In this document: positions 58,568 to 64,000 of the stretch, in pieces
Layout: each line of letters begins with the position of its first letter
Numbering within the stretch: the first letter of the stretch is position 1
Origin: Puccinia triticina
Lineage: Eukaryota
Length of the DNA stretch: 64,000 nt
Assembly: GCA_026914245.1 (NCBI GenBank)
Contig: CP110439.1
Coordinates: 7,440,001 to 7,504,000, forward strand
Direction of reading: 5' to 3'
Made by a program: the position numbers and the translations under genes
The notes under the pieces: model-generated
What the model was told of the DNA's origin: nothing
The model's input: only the letters and a program-made list of their open reading frames with translations
Databases searched by the model: none

Positions 58568-58976
58568 GGAATTTTCACATGAAAGGGGAATTCGCACAGG
58601 TATCAACTCAGTATTTTGGAGCCTGTACTCAGTTTTTTGTACCTTAGACTCCCTCTTGCATAAATTATGCAATGTGCATGGAAATTGAATGAACCAGTGC
58701 TTGATTCTTGCATGAGGCACAGCTTGCCTTGAGCTCTTGCATCTCAACTGCAAGCAGTTTCTACAGTTTTTCTTGCAGTGGTACAGTTTATTGTTATCGC
58801 TACATTCATCTACATCTGCTCATTGGAATAGGTTCTCACATGGATGTTATATTAAAGATTGCCAATGAAGTCTAATTTTTCTACTCCATCAAACAATTAT
58901 CCTCAGCCAAAGATTGGCCTCCAAGTCATGGAAATAAATCATAACCTGCCCGTTGAAGAAAAGTATAGAAAAATAA

Positions 58977-60158
58977 TCATTTGCGCGGTTTCCAGGGCAC
59001 ACCAGACTTGATTGCTTCATCAAAGATTGCTCGCCAGTTTGTTTGACGCGGCACCGCATCTAGATCAGCTTGAGAAGGCAAGCCAACCGGAAAAACCTGA
59101 CATTTGAAAAGAGGGCAAGGATCATAAACGTCTAGTTTTAATCTGTTGTTCTTTACGGGGGCCAAGTATGGATGTCTAAAAAGTTGGAAGCTATACCTGA
59201 ACAATGGGTCCACAGCGGACCAATAGGACGGCGACACCGATCCCGCCTTTCTCCTTTACTTTTTCTCGAACGCCTTCGATCTCTTTAAGAGCATTTGACA
59301 TCCCCGGATTCGACTTGAAGAAGTTTGTCGAATCTAACGTACCAACATGGGCCACCGAAAACAAATTCGAGCTCATTGGATCCTGCGCTCCATCCTGGGG
59401 TTTCAGATCTTTCTGAGTATTCGTCTCTTGATCTTCTTCACCCGTTATCTCCGTGAATTTTTCGGTCTTTTCTTTTTCGTTTAGGGTTAAACTTATCATC
59501 AATAATATCAGCTTGGAGTTTGGCGGATTACGGATCAGGTCCAACCCATGGATGGCCGCGAATATCAAAACGTTCTTGTGAAATTGGCACCTACATCGTA
59601 TATTTGAAAGGTTAGGTCAGTTGAAGACAAATACGCCTTGTCATGTGAATCATGGGAGAAGATAACTTACCATTTTTTCAACAAAGATTCAATTTCTGCT
59701 CTCTTTTTCTCGAAATCAGCATGAGACAATAGATTGCTAGTTGGAGGAGAATGTAGCGGATTGACAGGTGCGTATGGATCGGCCGAGGTGGGTTGAAGGT
59801 CTTTGAAATTGCCACATATCAGTTTGTGCGTCTTCCAATTTGCCTTTTGACATTTCTGATCACAGTAGTAAAAGTTGAGGTCGTTGGTATCTTGATCTGG
59901 GGTCGGTGGTATTTTGCACTTGCTGCAAATCTTCAGTTCTGAGATCGGCTTCAGCTTCGAACATTCTCTGCATCGGGCGAATCTTTCTTGGGATGATGAA
60001 GCTGAAGCAGACGACGAAGTTGATGAGGTTTTCAGCTTCAAGTTTGAGTAGGGCGAGAGCAAGACCTTCGTGTATTGGAGATAGACGACGAGGATGGAGA
60101 TCAGGCTGAGGATGCTCAGCGTTACAGTAGATAGATCGATTTGATTCCAGAATTCCAT
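58977..60158 (-). CDS. MYND zinc-finger protein with an N-terminal hydrophobic anchor; 3 exons
   Basis: CREC..LKICSKC..YYCDQKCQKANWKTHKLIC; N-terminal TLSILSLISILVVYLQY; GT-AG introns at about 59592-59669 and about 59099-59196. Confidence 0.85.
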
Positions 60159-60464
60159 GCCGATGGGAGTGAGATGCTGCTGGTTGTGTACCTAAAAGAG
60201 CTGCCGGCTGAATTTGTCGATTCACGTGATCTGGGACGTCAGTTTGTCGACCACGGTGACATTTTGAGGACCATCGTCCTCCCTCATGCCGAGTCTGGCC
60301 CTGATAATTATAGGGCTCCACAACCTGGTTGCTCCAGTAAGATTTTGCAGGAAAAAAAGAAAGAACGTTGATAAACCGCTCGTTGATGTTTTCACTCATC
60401 TCACCCACCCGGACCAGGCGCAACCAGCTCCGGCAGCCCTTTGGTTCCAAACCAAAAATTGACA

Positions 60465-60810
60465 GTTACCTGCTGATACACCATCAATGTCACTCCATTG
60501 GAGGACTTCCCATCGCCTAAATGGCTTCATTTAGAAGAGTCTGCTAAACGGTGTTTGCCGGTGAAAACTCAACTGAGAAATTTCACCAGCCAGTAAAGCT
60601 TAACCTGTTCCTCTAGATTAAGCATCTTAGCCAAGGACTCCCCGTCAATCTGCAGCCACCTGCAGAGTCATATCTGCAGCCAGAAACCCTTAGTTTTTGC
60701 TGGGAAATGCTGTCCCAGGGGCTGCAGATCTGGTTCGGCAGGGTCTGTACAGTGTAGATCTCAACGGGAAGTCCTCCACTAGAGCTTGCAATCTGAGATT
60801 AGCAGGCTTG
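60465..60810. mobile_element. Degenerate MITE
   Basis: Imperfect inverted repeats CCTGCT.AT...TGGAGGACTTCCC / GGGAAGTCCTCCA...TTAGCAGG; TSD not resolved. Confidence 0.45.
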
Positions 60811-60999
60811 CTTAGTGGATGACTTCCTCTTGTCTCAAATATGTAGAAGGAAAGGCTAAACCTTACTCTTGATAGCTAGTGAAAATCAAGTAAAATTGAT
60901 TTTTCAATAGCAATGAAGATTCAGAGTATCCTTATAGTACAAACTGCTTATGTGATGACTAAGGGATGGCAGAGGTTGCTTCATACATTCAACAGTTAC

Positions 61000-62059
61000 A
61001 TCAAGGTTGGCAATTTTCACTCTGACTCTGTCTCATTTTTAAAACCCTGTTTTCATTTAAAAACACTCTGCATGCTTTCATGGAATCATTCTGCCCAAAA
61101 CAGTCAAAAAGGGAGAAGGAAAGACTGGGTGTTGACCTGGACTGAAAACAACCCTTAAAATATGTGGAAAGGCCAGGAAAAGAACAGATAACACAAGAAG
61201 TGATTGCCTTGAGGAGTATTAACATGAGAAAATCAATCTAAACATCTTCAATCAAAAAGATTTTTGGAGGATTCAATTTTTGAGATATCTACACCTTGGA
61301 ATTTCATAATATCTTCCAGGTAGTTCTTCAAATCTTTGAGATCTTTGTAATCATTTGGTATTATGAGATTTGAAAGGAATGAAATCATTTCATTGCTTGT
61401 TTTAATAAGCAAGGAAGCAAGTCAAAATTCATCCAATTTTACGGCTTCTAGTCCAGTTTCAAATACAGAGGTTTCATGTCTTACACCCAAATCTGTTAAG
61501 TAGATCAAGTACTTGGTTCCTGCTTTTCTTTGACTGACCTGCCTGATGTAATTTCTTCCAAAGCTAAATTATTTAAGACTTTCCCATAGCTTATGTAGAT
61601 ATTCTTCAAGGCATCAGAATAGATTCTTATTGCTTTGGAAATTGCTTGCACCAAAGAGAAACATGGATTTTTTTCTAATTGTGTATTGAATTTTTTGTGA
61701 AAATCACAAGTTTTTGAGAATCTCTTTACATGTTCAAGCATGTTGATAGAAGCCTTCAAGTAAATCAATCTCTCTTGACAGGCAATGGAATTTTTAAGTG
61801 ACTGTTTGTGGATAAATTCAACAATTCCATTGGCAAAGCACACAACACTTGTCTCAATAGCAATTGATACTCAATTAGATGATTCAAATGAAGTTATATT
61901 GATGAATTCCTTTGCCAATGATTCCAATTCTCTGTAACCCTCAACAAGTCCTTCATTAACATATCCATGGATTTGTACCCCCAAATACATGCGGTGAATT
62001 TGATCCCATGTATCATCTTCCAAGTCTTGTATTAAAGAGAAAGTGGAAGTAAATAAAAT
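61000..62059 (-). pseudogene. Degenerate coding remnant of unknown family, truncated by the element at 62060
   Basis: ORFs 61871-62140 and 61505-61843 are in the same frame, separated by a single TGA, and have protein-like composition. Confidence 0.4.
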
Positions 62060-64000
62060 TAGGGTCAGCCTAAATGCACTCCAAACTTTTACTTCATGCA
62101 CTCCACATTTTTGGCTTTGGGGGGCCAGCACTCGCTCCAAATGTTGTCGAAGCTCTACCTCGTGCCACTATCGTGAGCCGTTCCCTGCCGTCCGGGTTTT
62201 CATACGCAGATAAGGTCTTGGAGTGCCTTGATTTTGTACTCCCAAAACATGGAGTCCCCAGATGGGCACTCCATGTTTCTTGGAGTACACAACTGGGTAC
62301 TCCAAAATTGACCAAAATAGGGGAGTGCAGCTAGATGCACTCCAAAAAAATGGAGTGCAAGCCCAAGCACTCCGCCTTTTCAGTGAAGGATTTTGGCTTT
62401 GCACTCCAGCTAGCAAATACCAAATGGAGTGCATTGGGGTGCACTCCAAGTCTCCTTTTTTTTGGAGTGCCCACAGACATCACACCTCTCGATGACCGGT
62501 CTGGACCGGTCATTGAGGGGACTCACACGACCGGTCATCCAGAGGACTCATACCTCTCGATGACCGGCGCGGACCGGTCATCAGTCACACCTCTCGATGA
62601 CCGGTGTGTACCGGTCAACAAGGGGAGGTGCTACTCTTGATGACCGGTCTTTACTGGTCATCGAGGGGACTCCCACCTCTTGATGACCGGCGCGGACCGG
62701 TCATCAGTCACACCTCCCAATGACCGGCACAGACCGGTCATTGAGAGGACTCACACCTCTCGATGACCGGTCACCACCGGTCATCAAGAGGACGCACACC
62801 TCTTGATGATCGGTCAGACCGGTCATCAAGGGGACTCACACCTCTCGATGACCGGTCATCTCCGGTCATCGAGGTGAGTCACATTTCTTGATGACCGGTC
62901 AGACCAGTCATCCAGGGTAATAACACCTCTCAATGACCGGTGTGTACCAGTCATTGAGGGGAGGTGCTACTCTCGATGAACGGTTGGTCTGACCGGTCAT
63001 CAAGAGGAGATGTTACTCCCCTCAATGACCGGCACAGACCGGTCATCGAGAGATGTGACTCACCTCAATGACCGGTCATCACCGGTCATCAAGTGTTATT
63101 ACCCTCGATGACCGGTCTGACCGGTCATCGAGTGGTGTCAGCGGTGTGAGCCCTCTTGATGACCGACCGGTCATTGGGAGCATCAAGAGGTGTGAGTTCC
63201 TTCGATGACCGGTCTGTGCCGGTCACCGAGGGGAGCAGCACCTCCTCTTGATGACCGGTCAGACCAACCGGTCATTGAGAGTAGCGCCTCCCCTCGATGA
63301 CTGGTACACACCAGTCATCCAGAGGAGGTATTATTCCCCTCGATGACCGGTTTGACCGGTCATCGAGGGATGTGACTCACCTCAATGACCGGTCATCACC
63401 GGTCATCGAGAGGTGTTATTACCCTCGATGACCGGTCTGACCAGTCATTGAGAGATGTGACTCACCTTGATGACCGGTGATGACTGGTAATCGAGAGGAG
63501 GTGTTATTAGCCTTGATTACCGGTGTGACCGATTATCAAGGTGTGAGTCCCCTTGATGACCGGTCTGTGCCGGTCATCGGGAAGTGTGACTGGTCCGCGC
63601 CGGTCATCAAGAGTTGTGAGTCCCCTCGGTGACCGGCACAGACCGGTCATCGAGAGGAGATGTTACTCCCCTTGATGACCGGCACAGACCGGTCATCAAG
63701 AGGTGTGATTTCTGTGATTCCTCTCAATGACCGGTGGTCCGGTACAGACTGGTCATTGAGAGGAGATGTTAATCCGCTCAATGCCGGTCTGTACCGGTCA
63801 TGGATATCAGGAGGATCAAGTGGGGTGTGTTTGTACATAGCCCAATTGAAGTTGTAGGCAACTCCAGCCAGAGCTGGAGTGCACAGTACTGCACTCCCCT
63901 TTTGAGGAGGAGAAATATCAGGAATGGAGTGCTGGGGGAATGCACTCTAATCTGATGGAGTGAGACTCATGGCCACTCATTACATTTCCTGGCCACTGGA
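62060..64000. mobile_element. Probable hAT-like non-autonomous element hosting the hairpin array (right end not seen)
   Basis: Starts TAGGGTCAGCC; GGAGTG/CACTCC subterminal motifs at 62075-62470 and 63860-63960. Confidence 0.5.
62485..63802. repeat. Array of about 30 palindromic units CTCGATGACCGG-N6-CCGGTCATCGAG with short linkers
   Basis: Read directly; linker orientation flips near 63000. Confidence 0.95.

Larger units (their letters stand above)
55338..58780. mobile_element. Non-autonomous CACTG (CACTA/EnSpm) element with nested inserts
   Basis: 42-bp TIR CACTGCAAGAAAAACT(C/G)TAGAAACTGCTTGCAGTTGAGATGC; 3-bp TSD GTA (55335-55337 / 58781-58783). Confidence 0.92.

Noticed and set aside
62485..63802. 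CRISPR array
   Set aside because: Eukaryotic context, no cas genes, and the linkers are short (roughly 8-15 nt) and reused in both orientations rather than unique spacers.

Overview
This is eukaryotic DNA with introns, most consistent with a rust fungus (Pucciniales, Puccinia-like); the taxon is inferred from gene and TE families. A core-gene island at about 25.5-39.9 kb holds a Boi1/Pob1-like SH3-SAM-PH gene, a secreted Cys-containing protein gene, an intron-containing tRNA-Ala(AGC), USO1/p115 and a small Gly/Ser/Asn/Tyr-rich gene. A zf-MYND gene lies at 59-60 kb. Two candidate secreted-protein genes lie at 8.4-12.6 kb, and one carries a DLNxxP EAR-like motif. The rest is deeply nested transposable elements, most of whose ends and target-site duplications (TSDs) can be read directly. 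Nest 1 (0-7 kb): hAT > Copia > CAC-ended element > hAT MITE. Nest 2 (13-24.5 kb): an 11.4-kb EnSpm/CMC-like element containing a solo LTR and (TTTTG)130. Nest 3 (40-47.6 kb): Helitron end > Copia > MULE-like > IS3EU-like > MITE. Nest 4 (55.3-58.8 kb): CACTG element > solo LTR > foldback. The window ends in an array of mini-hairpins. The least explained signal is a recurrent hairpin + CTTAGTTAAG terminus (5 copies), which delimits a 4.1-kb element with asymmetric inverted repeats. All protein-family calls come from recognising motifs by eye, with no database searches; coordinates were counted by hand and may be off by a few bases.
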